A DNA stretch of 64,000 nt from positions 1,088,940-1,152,939 of the forward strand of contig CAVWLA010000003.1 of NCBI GenBank assembly GCA_963755825.1, given 5' to 3'. The notes beneath the pieces were generated by a model. It was not told the origin of the DNA and made no database searches. It saw nothing but the letters and a program-made list of their open reading frames with translations. The DNA is from an uncultured Acidobacteriota bacterium (GTDB taxonomy: Bacteria > Acidobacteriota > Thermoanaerobaculia > Multivoradales > UBA5704). Position numbers and translations under genes: made by a program. Position 1 is the stretch's first letter. Every line of letters begins with the position of its first letter. Below, in pieces: positions 37,196 to 47,243 of this stretch.

Positions 37196-38953
37196 TCAGG
37201 GCTTCGCCGGCGGCAGGCGATAGATGGCGAGGCGCGGGCCCGGGCGCTCGAGGCGAGAGAGGAACGTCGCCGGCCCGTAGGTGTGGTCGAAGATGCGCGG
37301 CAGGACGAATCCCGGCGGCCCCGGCGAGATGGCGAAGACCCGCGTCGCGTCGCGGTCGAGCGAGCGGTAGAAGTCGGTCTTGGCGCGATCCTCGGCGGGA
37401 TCGAGCAGGCGCGAATCCGCGGTGAGGCTGTTGGTGACGATGTACTCGACCCCCTGATCGGCGTAGTCCTGCACCGTCGGCGTGCCGGCCGAGGGTCCGA
37501 AGCTCTGCGCCTTCTCGCTCAGCCCGTAGGGGCCGATCAGGCGGACCTTGTAGGTGCGCCGCGAGAAGGGCACCGGCGCCGCGGCGGTGGCGAGCTGGGG
37601 GCTGAACCACCACGACTCGAGGAGGACTGTCGAGCCGTCCGGCACGTTCTCCTCGATCCACCGCTTGGCGACGGTGCGGGTGTCCTCGCGCTCGAGGAGG
37701 CGGTCGTGGAGGATCAGGCTGTAGGCGGGCTGCGCCACGGCGGCGATGGCCGCCAGCGACAGCGCCGCCGCGAGCGGCCGGCCGCGGAGCCCGAGGCGGG
37801 AGAAGACGGCCCACAGGAGCGCCGCCGCCGCCAGCAGCAGGAACGGCACGGTGCCGAGGATGTAGCGCGCGAAGTACATGTTGCCCGGCTTCAGGAGGAA
37901 GCCGACGTAGAGCACCGGAAAGCAGATCATGAGGCAGACCGGGCGCGCCCGGCGCTCGACGAAGACGAGCACCACCCCGGCGAGCGCCAGCGCGGTCAGC
38001 AGCCATCCCAGCCCCCAGCCGAGCGACACCAGGTAGAAGCGCCAGGGCGGCCCGTCGTCCAGGCGCAGGCGGTCCATGCCGCCGCGGGCGCCGAGCTCCG
38101 CGGCATACTTCCAGAAGGCGAAGGTCGCCTTGGTGTGCAGCACCACCTGCGGCGAGGTGACGAGGAAGACGACCGTGGCGAGGGCGTAGGCGGCGATGAG
38201 CTTGGGATCGAAGAGGGCGCGGAGCCAGCCGCGCCGCGCCGGCGGGCGCTCCCCGTCACCGATCACGCCGCCGTCTCCCCGATCGTCGACCTCGGGGAAG
38301 AGGTGGAAGAGGAGGAGGAGGACGAAGATCGGCCAGGAGAGCTGCTTGGTGGGGAGGGCGAGGCCGGCGAAGAGGCCGGCCCACAGATACGGCTTCACGC
38401 TGCCGCTCGGCGACAGGCGGCTGCAGAAGTATGCCGCCATGACGATGAGGAAATCCGACATCGCGTCCGGCACGCCGTAGTGCGAGCTCCGCGCGTGGAG
38501 GAAGCAGAAGGCGAGGAGGAAGGCCGCCGTCAGGCCGACGGTCTGGTTCCACAGGCGCCGGCCGAGCAGGAAGAGGGGGACGACCGTCGCCGCGCCGAGG
38601 AGAGCGCTGGCGGTGCGCCCGAGGACCTGGAAGCTCATCGCCGAGCCGAGCGCCGCCGCGACGGCCGGCGACAGCGGCAGCGCGTCGACCAGGGGAGCCG
38701 CGAGGTGGAGCAGCTTCTGCAGCGCCAGAACGAGGATCTGGAAGGGGCCGAAGTGGGGATGGATCTTCGCCCAGGTGAAGCTCGCGGTGGCGCGGTAGAG
38801 CGCCTCGTCGACGTGGTAGTTGTAAGGGAGGCCGAAGGTGATCCCCCACAGCCGCACCCAGAGCGCGGCCGCGGCGATCAGCGCCAGCAAGATCCAGGCG
38901 CGGCGGGCCGATGCGGCCGCGGAGCGCTCGTCCAAGTTCCTCTCGACGTTCAT
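37196..38953 (-). CDS. GT-C fold membrane glycosyltransferase (family 39, ArnT/PMT-like)
   Basis: About 11 TM segments. Early periplasmic loop YNYHVDEALY (DE-type motif). Soluble C-terminal domain. 585 aa. Confidence 0.65.
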   Translation of the reverse strand: MNVERNLDERSAAASARRAWILLALIAAAALWVRLWGITFGLPYNYHVDEALYRATASFTWAKIHPHFGPFQILVLALQKLLHLAAPLVDALPLSPAVAAALGSAMSFQVLGRTASALLGAATVVPLFLLGRRLWNQTVGLTAAFLLAFCFLHARSSHYGVPDAMSDFLIVMAAYFCSRLSPSGSVKPYLWAGLFAGLALPTKQLSWPIFVLLLLFHLFPEVDDRGDGGVIGDGERPPARRGWLRALFDPKLIAAYALATVVFLVTSPQVVLHTKATFAFWKYAAELGARGGMDRLRLDDGPPWRFYLVSLGWGLGWLLTALALAGVVLVFVERRARPVCLMICFPVLYVGFLLKPGNMYFARYILGTVPFLLLAAAALLWAVFSRLGLRGRPLAAALSLAAIAAVAQPAYSLILHDRLLEREDTRTVAKRWIEENVPDGSTVLLESWWFSPQLATAAAPVPFSRRTYKVRLIGPYGLSEKAQSFGPSAGTPTVQDYADQGVEYIVTNSLTADSRLLDPAEDRAKTDFYRSLDRDATRVFAISPGPPGFVLPRIFDHTYGPATFLSRLERPGPRLAIYRLPPAKP

Positions 38954-39038
38954 CGATTCATCGCGGTGAGCACTCCGCCCCCCGAGCTCCTCCCCGGAAT
39001 CCCGATCGAGATCGCCGGCCGGCGGCCCGAGTCGGGCC

Positions 39039-40436
39039 TCAAGCGCCGGCGTAGCCGAGAGCCCGGAGCTTATCGCGGAGGTCGGGCGAGAGCGGCCGGC
39101 CGGCGCGGCCCTCGACGTGGCCTGCCAGCCAGCGGTCGAGCACCTGCCGCAGGCCGCTCGCGACCTGCCGCTCGCGCTCGGCGACGTTCCTCGTCTCTCC
39201 TGGATCGGCGGCCAGATCGTACAGCTCCAGGTAGTCCTTGGCGAGGCCCGGGTAGACGATGAGCTTCCAGCGCCGCGAGCGCACGGAGTGGACGAGACGT
39301 TTCTCGTTCAAGCGATAGCCGCGATCGAGGGTCGCCGCGTTCTCGGCGCGGGCGCTGGCGAAGACGAAGGTGTGGAGCGGCTCCGTGCCGCCGGCGAGGG
39401 CGGGGACGAGCGAGCGCCCCTGCGGCCGCAGAGCGGCCGGCTTCGGCACCCGCAGGACCTCGAAGAACGTCGGCAGGAGGTCGACCGTCTCGACCGCCTG
39501 GCGCACCCGGCGCGGCGGCGCCTGGGGGATCGAGAGCAGGAGCGGAATGCGCAGCTGCTCGTCGAAGAGCTCGGCGCCGTGATCGAGCACGCGGTAGCGC
39601 TCGCCGAGCGTCTCGCCGTGATCGGCGAGGACGGCGACGACGGTGGTGTCGAGGTCGATCTGGCGCAGCAGCCGGGCGACCATGGTGTCCTCGTAGCGGA
39701 TCAGCGAGTCGTAGAGCGCCACGTAGTCGTTGAGATGCGTCAGCGGCTGCCCGGCGCGCGCGATCTTCTGGTAGCCGGGGATGTTGGTCAGCTCGCGGCC
39801 CGGCGTCGGCTCGTCGAAGAGGTGCTTGTAGGGCCGCGGCGAGACGTAGGGCCCGTGCGCGTCATAGAGGTGGACGAAGAGGAAGAAGCGGTCGCCCGGG
39901 GAGAGCGCGGCGAGCCAGCGGACCGCCTTGCCGGTCGCCACCGTACCCCGGTTGCGCATCCCCTCGACCTTGTCGTCGTAGATCTCGAAGCCGCGCCGCA
40001 GGCCGCAGAGCTCGTTCTCCAGCGTCACGCCGCTGACGAAGGCGGCGGTCTTGAAGCCCCGCCGCCGCAGCACCTCGGCGAGCGTCGGCTTGTCGGCGGG
40101 GAGGAGGTCGCCGTTCTGCTGCACGCCATGGAAGGGCGGATAGAGGCCGGTCAGCATCGAGGCGTGCGACGGGCCGGTGTTGGTCTGCTGCGCGAAGGCG
40201 TTGGTGAAGACGACCGAGCGGCCGGCGAGCTCGTCGAGCGTCGGCGAGGTCGCCTTCGCATAGCGGCCGAAGCCCAGGTGATCGCGGCGGACGGTGTCGA
40301 GGGTGATGAGCACCAGCCCGCGCGGCGCCGGCCGCTCGCAGGCGAGGAGGGCGACGGCGAGGGCGGCGAGAGCGGTCAGAGCCGCGAGGGCGATCAGCCT
40401 CGACGGCCGCGCGGGGCCGCGAGGGAGCTGGCTCAT
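39039..40436 (-). CDS. Sulfatase-fold (alkaline-phosphatase superfamily) enzyme with a Thr at the nucleophile position, so a phospho-transferase/hydrolase rather than a formylglycine sulfatase
   Basis: Metal-binding N-terminus LITLDTVRRDHLG. Nucleophile region QTNTGPSHASMLTGLYP aligns to the sulfatase C-x-P-S-R-x-x-x-LTG motif with Cys replaced by Thr and Arg by His. Signal/anchor at the N-terminus. Confidence 0.75.
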   Translation of the reverse strand: MSQLPRGPARPSRLIALAALTALAALAVALLACERPAPRGLVLITLDTVRRDHLGFGRYAKATSPTLDELAGRSVVFTNAFAQQTNTGPSHASMLTGLYPPFHGVQQNGDLLPADKPTLAEVLRRRGFKTAAFVSGVTLENELCGLRRGFEIYDDKVEGMRNRGTVATGKAVRWLAALSPGDRFFLFVHLYDAHGPYVSPRPYKHLFDEPTPGRELTNIPGYQKIARAGQPLTHLNDYVALYDSLIRYEDTMVARLLRQIDLDTTVVAVLADHGETLGERYRVLDHGAELFDEQLRIPLLLSIPQAPPRRVRQAVETVDLLPTFFEVLRVPKPAALRPQGRSLVPALAGGTEPLHTFVFASARAENAATLDRGYRLNEKRLVHSVRSRRWKLIVYPGLAKDYLELYDLAADPGETRNVAERERQVASGLRQVLDRWLAGHVEGRAGRPLSPDLRDKLRALGYAGA

Positions 40437-42094
40437 GGCCGCTCGCGGGTGTAGAGGACGGTGGGCCGCAGCTGGTAGCCGACGAGGGGGAGGAAGACGT
40501 CGTCGGCAGCGTCGTAGCGGGGCTGGTCCTCCCCCAGGCGGACGCCCCAGCGCGAGCCGCGGTCGAGGAAGCTGCGCTTCCCCGCCGGCGGCCGCGGCGA
40601 CCGGTAGTCGAGCCGGCTCGGCGTGTAGTCCTTGAGGTCGTCGCCGAACCAGGCGGGATCGGCCCAGTCCTCCTGCGCGAAGATGATGGCGGCGAAGCGG
40701 TCGGCGCGGACGGCCGCCTTCATCTCGCCGAGCAGCGCCCGCCCGAGCTTCTTGTCCTTGCCGCGCATGACGTCGTAGGTGGCGACCGAGTGAGCGTAGA
40801 TTTCCTTGCCGGCGAAGCCGGCGAGGTAGCCGAATTCGGGAAGCAGGACAGCGCCCTGAGTTGCCTTGATCCTTCGCACGAGCCGGTCGCCGGCCTCCCG
40901 ATCCGCTGATGATGGAATCTGTAAGCGCGGATCATAGAAAAGAAGTGCCGACTGCGCAATACAGACGAGGTAGAGCACCACCTCCAGCCCTCTCCTCCAG
41001 CCCGCCCCGCCGCCGTCCTCGCGCGCCGCGCGGAGGCGGCGCGTCCACTCGCCGACCGCGAGGCCGAAGAGGATCGCGAAGTAGGCGAACGAGGGGAGGA
41101 GGGCGTTCAAGAAACCGCCGATCTTCCGCCGGCCGAGATAGGCCGCGCCCACCATGCCGAGCCCGAGGAGCGCATAGAAGAGAAGATCGCGGCGCCGCGT
41201 GCGGCGGAGCAGAGCGAGGAGATAGACGACGCCGATCGGCACCGCGATCCACAGCGGCTTGAGCACGTCGGCCGAGAGGAAGCGGAGCGGCGAGAGGCGC
41301 GAGAACGGCAGCTCGGCCGGGAGGTCGAAGACGTAGTAGTGGAACCAGCCGTGGTGCAGCCGGTCGAGGAGCAGCGTGGCGAGGGCGGCCGCGGAGAGGA
41401 GGGCGCCGGTAAAGCGGAGCGACCAGGCAGGCCGCTCGACGGCGCTGGCGATGGCGAGCGGCGCCATCATGCCGAGAGCCGTCTGCTTGGTGAGGTACGA
41501 GAGGGTGAGGAGGAGGGCCGCCGCCACCGCGGCGCGGTTGCCGCGGCCGAAGCGGACGAGGTAGATGGCGGCGAGGAGGAGGAGGAGGAAGAGCGAGTCG
41601 ATGCGGGCGAGGTCGAGCCACGAGCCGCTGGCGCGGAAGGTGGCGGCGAAGAGCGCCGCGGCGAGGAACCCCGCCTCGGCGCTCTCCGTCTCCCGCTTGA
41701 CGAAGAGAAAGAGCAACGCGAAGCAGCCGAGCGAGCTGGCGAACGACACCAGGCGGAGCGGCAGGAAGCCGTCGCCCAGGAGCCAGGCGGCGGCGGCGCT
41801 GACGTAGAAGTAGAGCGGCGGATAGGTGTAGGGGGTGAAGATGTACGACGGCCGCGCGTAGAGGAGGTGGCCGCCGAGGATCCAGCGGACGTGATGGAGC
41901 GAGCCGCCCTCCATCCACTCGAGGTGATACGGGTAGCCCAAACGGAGGAGGGCGACCGCCAGGTAGAGCCCGATCGATACGGCGCCGGCCACCAGCGCGA
42001 GAGTGCGCAGGAGCCTCGCCAGGCCGCCGGCGAGCTTGCCGCCGGCCGCCTCCTCCATCGCAACCGCGGTCGGGCGACTCGACACCTCGGCCAT
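40433..42094 (-). CDS. GT-C-like polytopic membrane glycosyltransferase (ArnT/PMT-like), second copy
   Basis: About 11 TM segments, first-loop motif HLEWMEGGSL, soluble C-terminal domain. ATGA overlap with the sulfatase-like gene. Confidence 0.6.
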   Translation of the reverse strand: MAEVSSRPTAVAMEEAAGGKLAGGLARLLRTLALVAGAVSIGLYLAVALLRLGYPYHLEWMEGGSLHHVRWILGGHLLYARPSYIFTPYTYPPLYFYVSAAAAWLLGDGFLPLRLVSFASSLGCFALLFLFVKRETESAEAGFLAAALFAATFRASGSWLDLARIDSLFLLLLLAAIYLVRFGRGNRAAVAAALLLTLSYLTKQTALGMMAPLAIASAVERPAWSLRFTGALLSAAALATLLLDRLHHGWFHYYVFDLPAELPFSRLSPLRFLSADVLKPLWIAVPIGVVYLLALLRRTRRRDLLFYALLGLGMVGAAYLGRRKIGGFLNALLPSFAYFAILFGLAVGEWTRRLRAAREDGGGAGWRRGLEVVLYLVCIAQSALLFYDPRLQIPSSADREAGDRLVRRIKATQGAVLLPEFGYLAGFAGKEIYAHSVATYDVMRGKDKKLGRALLGEMKAAVRADRFAAIIFAQEDWADPAWFGDDLKDYTPSRLDYRSPRPPAGKRSFLDRGSRWGVRLGEDQPRYDAADDVFLPLVGYQLRPTVLYTRERP

Positions 42095-42106
42095 CTCCGG
42101 CGCGCC

Positions 42107-44548
42107 CTAGCGGATCGCCTCGACCGGGTCGACCCGCGTTGCCCGGCGGGCGGGCAGATAGCCGGCCACCAGGGTGACGGCGATCAGCCCCGCCGAGACC
42201 GCCACGAAGGTCGCCACGTCGAGCCGGCTGACGCCGAAGAGGAGGCTGTTCAAGAAACGCGTCAGGGCGAGCGCGGCGGCGAGCCCGACGACGACCCCGG
42301 TCAGCACGAGGAGGAGGATGGTCTTGAGAACCATCCACAGCACGTCGCCGCCCTGCGCCCCGAGCGCCATGCGGATGCCGATCTCCGCCGTCCGCTGGTT
42401 GACCGAGTAGGAGATGACGCCGTAGACGCCGACCCCGGCGAGGATGAGCGCGATGACCGCGAAGGCGGTGAGCAGCCAGGTGCTCAGGCGCCGCTGCACC
42501 ACGGTGTCCTGCATGATCTCGTTGAGCGTCCGCACCTTGCCGAGAGCGAGGTTGGGGTCGAGCTCGCGCACCTGGCGGCGGACCGCGGCCGAGAGGCTGG
42601 CTGGATGGTCGGCGCGGAGGACCACCGAGGCCCAGCGCCAGGTCGCCTGGTAGTTGGCGAAGTAGAGCTCGGGCGGGGCGTCGACGTCGAGCCCCGAGTG
42701 CCGCACGTCGCCGACCACGCCGACGATCTCGCGGGTGCCGGTGGCGAGCTGGCCGGCCGGGCCGAAGTCGATGTCGAAGGTGAGCCGCTGGCCGAGCGGG
42801 TTCTGGCCCGGGAAGAAATGGCGCGCCAGGGCGTCGTTGACGAGCACCACGCCGGGCGCCTTGGCGTCGTCGCGCACGGTGAAGGCGCGGCCGCGGAGGA
42901 CGGGGATGCCCATGGTCGCGAAGTAGCCCGGCGTCACCGCCTGCACGGAGACCTCCTCGGGCGGCACGCCGGCCTTGGCGGGCGGCCGGCCGACGACGGT
43001 GAACGAGGTCGTGCCGTCGTAGCTGGTGAGCGGCAGGAACCAGGTCGAGCCCACCGACCGCACGCCGGGGAGCGCCGCGTACCGCGCCTCGAGATCCTTC
43101 ATGAAGGCGACCGTCTTCACCGGGTTCTCGTAGGCCGCCTGGGGCATCATCTGGACGTCGACGGTGAGCACCTCCTCGGGCTTGCGGAACCCGGGGTCGA
43201 CATCGAGGAGGCCGTGGAGGCTGCGGATGAGGAGGCCGGCGCCGATGAAGAGCGCGAGAGCGACCGCCACCTGGGCGACGACCGTCGCCTGCTGCAGCGC
43301 GTGGCTCGCCCGCGTCGTCCGCCGGCCGCCGCTGCGCATCGCGTCGGTGAGCTCGGCCCGCGAGCCGCGGAGGGCGGGGATGAGGCCGAAGAGCACGGCC
43401 GTCAGCAGGCAGATGAGGAGGGTGAAGCCGACGACGCCGCCGTCGAGGCTGACCTTGGCGAGCTGCGGCAGGTTGCCCTCGAGGAGCGGGGTGAGCGCGT
43501 GGACGCCCCAGTAGGCGAGCACCAGGCCGCAGGCGCCGGAGATGAGCGACAGCACCAGGCTCTCGATCAGCAGCTGGCGGATGAGGTGGCCGCGCTCGGC
43601 GCCCAGGGCGAGGCGGAGGGCGACCTCGCCGCGCCGCTCGACCGAGCGGGACAGCAGCAGGTTCGAGATGTTGGCGCAGGCGATGAGGAGGACCAGGCCG
43701 ACGGCGGCCCAGAGCACGAGGAGGGCGAGGCGGAACTTGCCGACCAGCGAGTCCTGCAGCTTGACGACCCAGGTGCCGCGGCCCTTGCTGGTGTCGGGAT
43801 AGAGCTCCTCGAAGCGGTGGGTGATGCTGTTCAGGTTCTGCTGGGCGACCTCGACCGAGACGCCGGGCTTCAGGCGGGCGATCGAGCGCAGCAGGCTGAA
43901 GTTCCGCTGCCAGTCCTTGGCCACCATGCCGAGCGGCTTCCAGAGCGCCGTCTGGTCCGGATAGTCGAAGCCCGGCGGCATGACGCCGATGATGACGTAC
44001 TGCTTGCCGTCGAGCCGCAGGGTCTTGCCGAGGATCCTGGGGTCCTTGCCGTAGCGCTCCTGCCAGAGCCCGTAGCCGAGGATCGCCACCTTGTCGTGGT
44101 CCGGGTTGTCCTCCTCGTGCAGGAAGTCGCGGCCGAGCATCGGCTTGACCCCCAGCATCTTGAAGAGCTCCGCCGAGACGCCGGAGGCGCGGACGCGGAT
44201 CGGCTCGGGGTCGCCCTCGAGCGTCGGCTTGTACGGTCCGAGGCCGGCGAGGGCCTCGAAGACCCGGTTCTGTGCCCGCAGATCCATCAGGTTGGGCACC
44301 GACACCTGCATCAGGCCCGGCGGCGCCGAGCCGCCCTGCGGCGACGGGGTGGTGCTCGTCAGGTCGCGCTCCCAGACCATCACCAGGCGGTCGGGGTCCT
44401 TGAACGGCGGCGGCCGCAGCAGGGTGCCGTGGATGAAGCTGTAGACGGCGCTGTTGGCGCCGATGGCGAGCGTCAGGCTGAGGATGGCGACCGCGCTCGA
44501 GCCGGGCGACGCCAGGAGCCTGCGGAGAGCGTAGCGAACGTCATGCAT
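42107..44548 (-). CDS. ADOP-family ABC permease (duplicated FtsX domains, MacB-like)
   Basis: The N-terminus MHDVRYALRRLLASPGSSAVAILSLTLAIGANSAVYSFIHGTLLRPPPFKDPDRLVMVW matches the characteristic ADOP signature. Two FtsX 4-TM bundles. 813 aa. No adjacent ATPase. Confidence 0.8.
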   Translation of the reverse strand: MHDVRYALRRLLASPGSSAVAILSLTLAIGANSAVYSFIHGTLLRPPPFKDPDRLVMVWERDLTSTTPSPQGGSAPPGLMQVSVPNLMDLRAQNRVFEALAGLGPYKPTLEGDPEPIRVRASGVSAELFKMLGVKPMLGRDFLHEEDNPDHDKVAILGYGLWQERYGKDPRILGKTLRLDGKQYVIIGVMPPGFDYPDQTALWKPLGMVAKDWQRNFSLLRSIARLKPGVSVEVAQQNLNSITHRFEELYPDTSKGRGTWVVKLQDSLVGKFRLALLVLWAAVGLVLLIACANISNLLLSRSVERRGEVALRLALGAERGHLIRQLLIESLVLSLISGACGLVLAYWGVHALTPLLEGNLPQLAKVSLDGGVVGFTLLICLLTAVLFGLIPALRGSRAELTDAMRSGGRRTTRASHALQQATVVAQVAVALALFIGAGLLIRSLHGLLDVDPGFRKPEEVLTVDVQMMPQAAYENPVKTVAFMKDLEARYAALPGVRSVGSTWFLPLTSYDGTTSFTVVGRPPAKAGVPPEEVSVQAVTPGYFATMGIPVLRGRAFTVRDDAKAPGVVLVNDALARHFFPGQNPLGQRLTFDIDFGPAGQLATGTREIVGVVGDVRHSGLDVDAPPELYFANYQATWRWASVVLRADHPASLSAAVRRQVRELDPNLALGKVRTLNEIMQDTVVQRRLSTWLLTAFAVIALILAGVGVYGVISYSVNQRTAEIGIRMALGAQGGDVLWMVLKTILLLVLTGVVVGLAAALALTRFLNSLLFGVSRLDVATFVAVSAGLIAVTLVAGYLPARRATRVDPVEAIR

Positions 44549-44589
44549 CGACTGCCTCGATTCTTAGGGTGCGCCGCGTCGTTTCGATC

Positions 44590-46311
44590 TCAGCCGCCGT
44601 TGGCCGGCGCCTGCCGCCGGCGGTAGACGGCGGCCTGGTACCCCCGCTGGCCCAGCTCGGGTGTCCAGCTCGAGGTCTCGAGCACCCAGGGTCCCGGCTG
44701 CTCGCTCGCCTTGACCAGGGCGACCATCTCGTAGGCCGCCTCGATGGCGCCGCCGTACTGCTTCCACTGGGCGAGCGTCGGCCGGCCGCGGGGATCGAGG
44801 AGGACGAAGACCAGATAGTCCGGACGGCGGCCGAGGACGTAGCCCATGTCGAACTTCTCGTGGCCCGCCATCCCCTTGCCGAGCGGCATCGCGAGGTGCG
44901 CGATGTGGGCGTCGGTCAGCCCCAGCATGTCGATCGTCGGCCGCTGTGAATAGAACGGAATGCGCCCCACCGCGCCGACCGCGACGACCGCCTCGGGCGG
45001 GCTCTCGGCACGGAGCCAGCGGCCGAGCTCGGTCCAGCTCTCGTTGATGAGCGAGACGTACTTGAGATCGTCCGCCTTCCGCGGCCAGGAGAAGACGAGC
45101 GCCAGGGCGACGAGGACGGCGAGCCCGGCGCCCGCGATCGCCCGCCGCGAGCTCGGCGGCGAAAGGGCGGCGAGCGCGCGCACGCCCTCCGCGGCGAGCA
45201 GCAGGACGAAGGGGAGCGCCGGCAACAGGAAGCGCGGCCCGAAGAAGAAGCCGAAGTCGCCGCCGACGCCGACGATGTAGACGCCGAGAGCGATCACCAG
45301 CGCGACCGGCAGCAGCCAGCGGCGGTCGCGGCGGATGCCGGCGATGGCGCCGATCAGGGCGAGGACGAGCGGCGCGCCGAGCGCGGTGTCGTGGACGCTG
45401 GCGCGCAGGTAGGTCCAGCCGCGCAGGAGGAGCGCGCGGTTGAAGCCGCCGCCGCCGGCCTTGGCGTAGAAGGTGTTGGGGAGGAGATCGCCGTAGTACG
45501 CGAACCGCCAGATGAAGTACGGCGCGGCGACGGCGAGGAAGCCGGCGGCGAGCCAGCCCGCCGTCGCCAGCCGCCCGCGCACATGGCGGGAGCCGCCGCC
45601 CTCCTCCCCGCTCGCCTGGCTCTTCTGGCTCTGGCGGCCGGCGCCGCCGACCGCGAGCTCGCAGAGGACGACGAGGCCGAAGAAGATGGCCCCCTCCGGC
45701 CGCGTCAGGCTGGCGAGGGCGAGGACCAGGCCGGCGACCAGCGGCGGCCGGGCCTCGAGATAGAGGTAGACCCCCAGCGTGGCGAGGAAGACGAAGAGCG
45801 GCGTCTCCATGCCGGAGACGACGTAGCGCGCCTGGGCGCCGATGGCGGCGAAGAGGAGAGGGGCGATCGCCACCAGGACGCCCTCGCCGGCGGTGCTGGC
45901 GGCTTCGGCAGCATCGGCGAACAGCCGGCGGCCGAGGAGGACGAGGAGGACCAGGGTGCCGGCGGTGGCCAGGAAGGCGAGGACGGTCGACGCCGCCGGC
46001 ATTCCCACCCCCAGCCGTTGCGCGGCGGCGAGGAGGACCGTCCACAGGAAGTTGGTGTAGCCCTCCACCCGCTCGCCGGCGTTGAAGACGAGGCCGAGGC
46101 CGCGGGCGAGATTGGCCGCGTAGCGGAAGGAGATGAAGGCGTCGTCGATGAGCAGCCAGGGGCCGAGCTGCACGGCGAGGAGGAGGACGCGGACGGTGAG
46201 CAGGACGGTCGACAGAGCGAGGCAGAGGCCGTCCGTCCGCGACCAGCCGGCGAGGCCCGGAGCGCCGGCCGGCCGGCGTTCCACCTCCGTCATCGGCAGA
46301 GATTCCTGCAC
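44590..46311 (-). CDS. Polytopic membrane protein, putative GT-C-like glycosyltransferase (third copy in this operon)
   Basis: More than 10 TM segments, early motif [15 protein letters not shown], soluble C-terminal domain. 573 aa. Confidence 0.45.
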   Translation of the reverse strand: MQESLPMTEVERRPAGAPGLAGWSRTDGLCLALSTVLLTVRVLLLAVQLGPWLLIDDAFISFRYAANLARGLGLVFNAGERVEGYTNFLWTVLLAAAQRLGVGMPAASTVLAFLATAGTLVLLVLLGRRLFADAAEAASTAGEGVLVAIAPLLFAAIGAQARYVVSGMETPLFVFLATLGVYLYLEARPPLVAGLVLALASLTRPEGAIFFGLVVLCELAVGGAGRQSQKSQASGEEGGGSRHVRGRLATAGWLAAGFLAVAAPYFIWRFAYYGDLLPNTFYAKAGGGGFNRALLLRGWTYLRASVHDTALGAPLVLALIGAIAGIRRDRRWLLPVALVIALGVYIVGVGGDFGFFFGPRFLLPALPFVLLLAAEGVRALAALSPPSSRRAIAGAGLAVLVALALVFSWPRKADDLKYVSLINESWTELGRWLRAESPPEAVVAVGAVGRIPFYSQRPTIDMLGLTDAHIAHLAMPLGKGMAGHEKFDMGYVLGRRPDYLVFVLLDPRGRPTLAQWKQYGGAIEAAYEMVALVKASEQPGPWVLETSSWTPELGQRGYQAAVYRRRQAPANGG

Positions 46312-46527
46312 CGCGGCCGGTCCTCCATTATTCTCCTAAACGCCTGCAAGGCTTCATTTTTGAGCCCGCGGATCATAGCATCCGCACCCTCCCGATTTGA
46401 CTTCCTGACTCTTCGCAATTACGCTCTACCTACCGCGAATTGACTTGGATTCGGAGATCGCGCCCGGCCGGGGCGATCTCGTTCACGACAGCCCGCCGGA
46501 TCGGTCCGGCACACAAGGAGATCTGTC

Positions 46528-47091
46528 ATGCGGAAGAGTGCTCTGTTGCAGGGAGTGATCGTGTTGTCGGCAGTCCTCGCGCTGGCGTCGCCGGCGTTCT
46601 CGGCGCAGAAGGCGTCGGGGGGCGGCAAGAGCCGGGCGGCGGTGCGGGCCTTCGCCCAGACCACGTTCGACACCCTCAAGTCGCTCGAGGGGGATTGGCA
46701 GGGGAAGGCGTACGGCGACGACAAACCGCCGGTCATCCTGCGCTACAAGGTGACCCAGCAGGGGACGGTGGTGATGGAGACCTTCGCCCCCGGCACCAAG
46801 GCCGAGATGATCACCATGTACCACATGAACGACGACAAGCTGGTGCTGACGCACTACTGCGCCGCGGGCAACCAGCCGAACATGACGATGAGCCCGGCGC
46901 GCTCGAAGGCGGGGAACATCTCCTTCGCCTACGCCGGCGCCTCCAACCTGCTGCCCTCGACCGATACCTACATGCACAACGGCAGCATTCACGTCATCGA
47001 CGCCGACCACCTGGAGACCAACTGGACGACCTACAAGGCGGGCAAGCTCCTCGACTCCCAGAAGGTCGCCTTCGAGCGCGTCAAGCAGTAG
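46528..47091 (+). CDS. Small secreted hypothetical protein (signal peptide; lower GC)
   Basis: MRKSALLQGVIVLSAVLALASPAFSA signal peptide and a 160-aa beta-rich mature region. No motif recognised. Confidence 0.55.
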   Translation: MRKSALLQGVIVLSAVLALASPAFSAQKASGGGKSRAAVRAFAQTTFDTLKSLEGDWQGKAYGDDKPPVILRYKVTQQGTVVMETFAPGTKAEMITMYHMNDDKLVLTHYCAAGNQPNMTMSPARSKAGNISFAYAGASNLLPSTDTYMHNGSIHVIDADHLETNWTTYKAGKLLDSQKVAFERVKQ

Positions 47092-47140
47092 GAGAGTTGG
47101 CGGCGGATTCGCCCCACGAGACGGGGCGATCGCCTGGCGA

Positions 47141-47193
47141 GATCATCCTGAGCGCAGCTTCCGGTCGAGATCCTTCGCTGCGCTCAGGATGAC
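47141..47193. repeat. Short palindromic element CATCCTGAGCGCAGC...GCTGCGCTCAGGATG, same family as the 117-bp palindrome at 61488
   Basis: The inverted repeat is read from the sequence and shares the core GATCCTTCGCTGCGCTCAGGATGAC with the 61.5-kb element. Confidence 0.6.
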
Positions 47194-47243
47194 CATTCCC
47201 TCGGCCTCGCGGGACGGAACCGCCGTGGGCAGCCCTCTCAGTC

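Noticed and set aside
39039-40436. Arylsulfatase (formylglycine-dependent)
   Set aside because: The Cys/Ser-x-Pro-x-Arg formylglycine motif is replaced by T-G-P-S-H, so the product was annotated more cautiously as a sulfatase-fold phospho-transferase/hydrolase.
41339-44626. 1095-aa plus-strand ORF
   Set aside because: Antisense to the GT-C and ADOP permease genes. Extreme E/R/G/A bias with no motifs. A GC-rich artefact.
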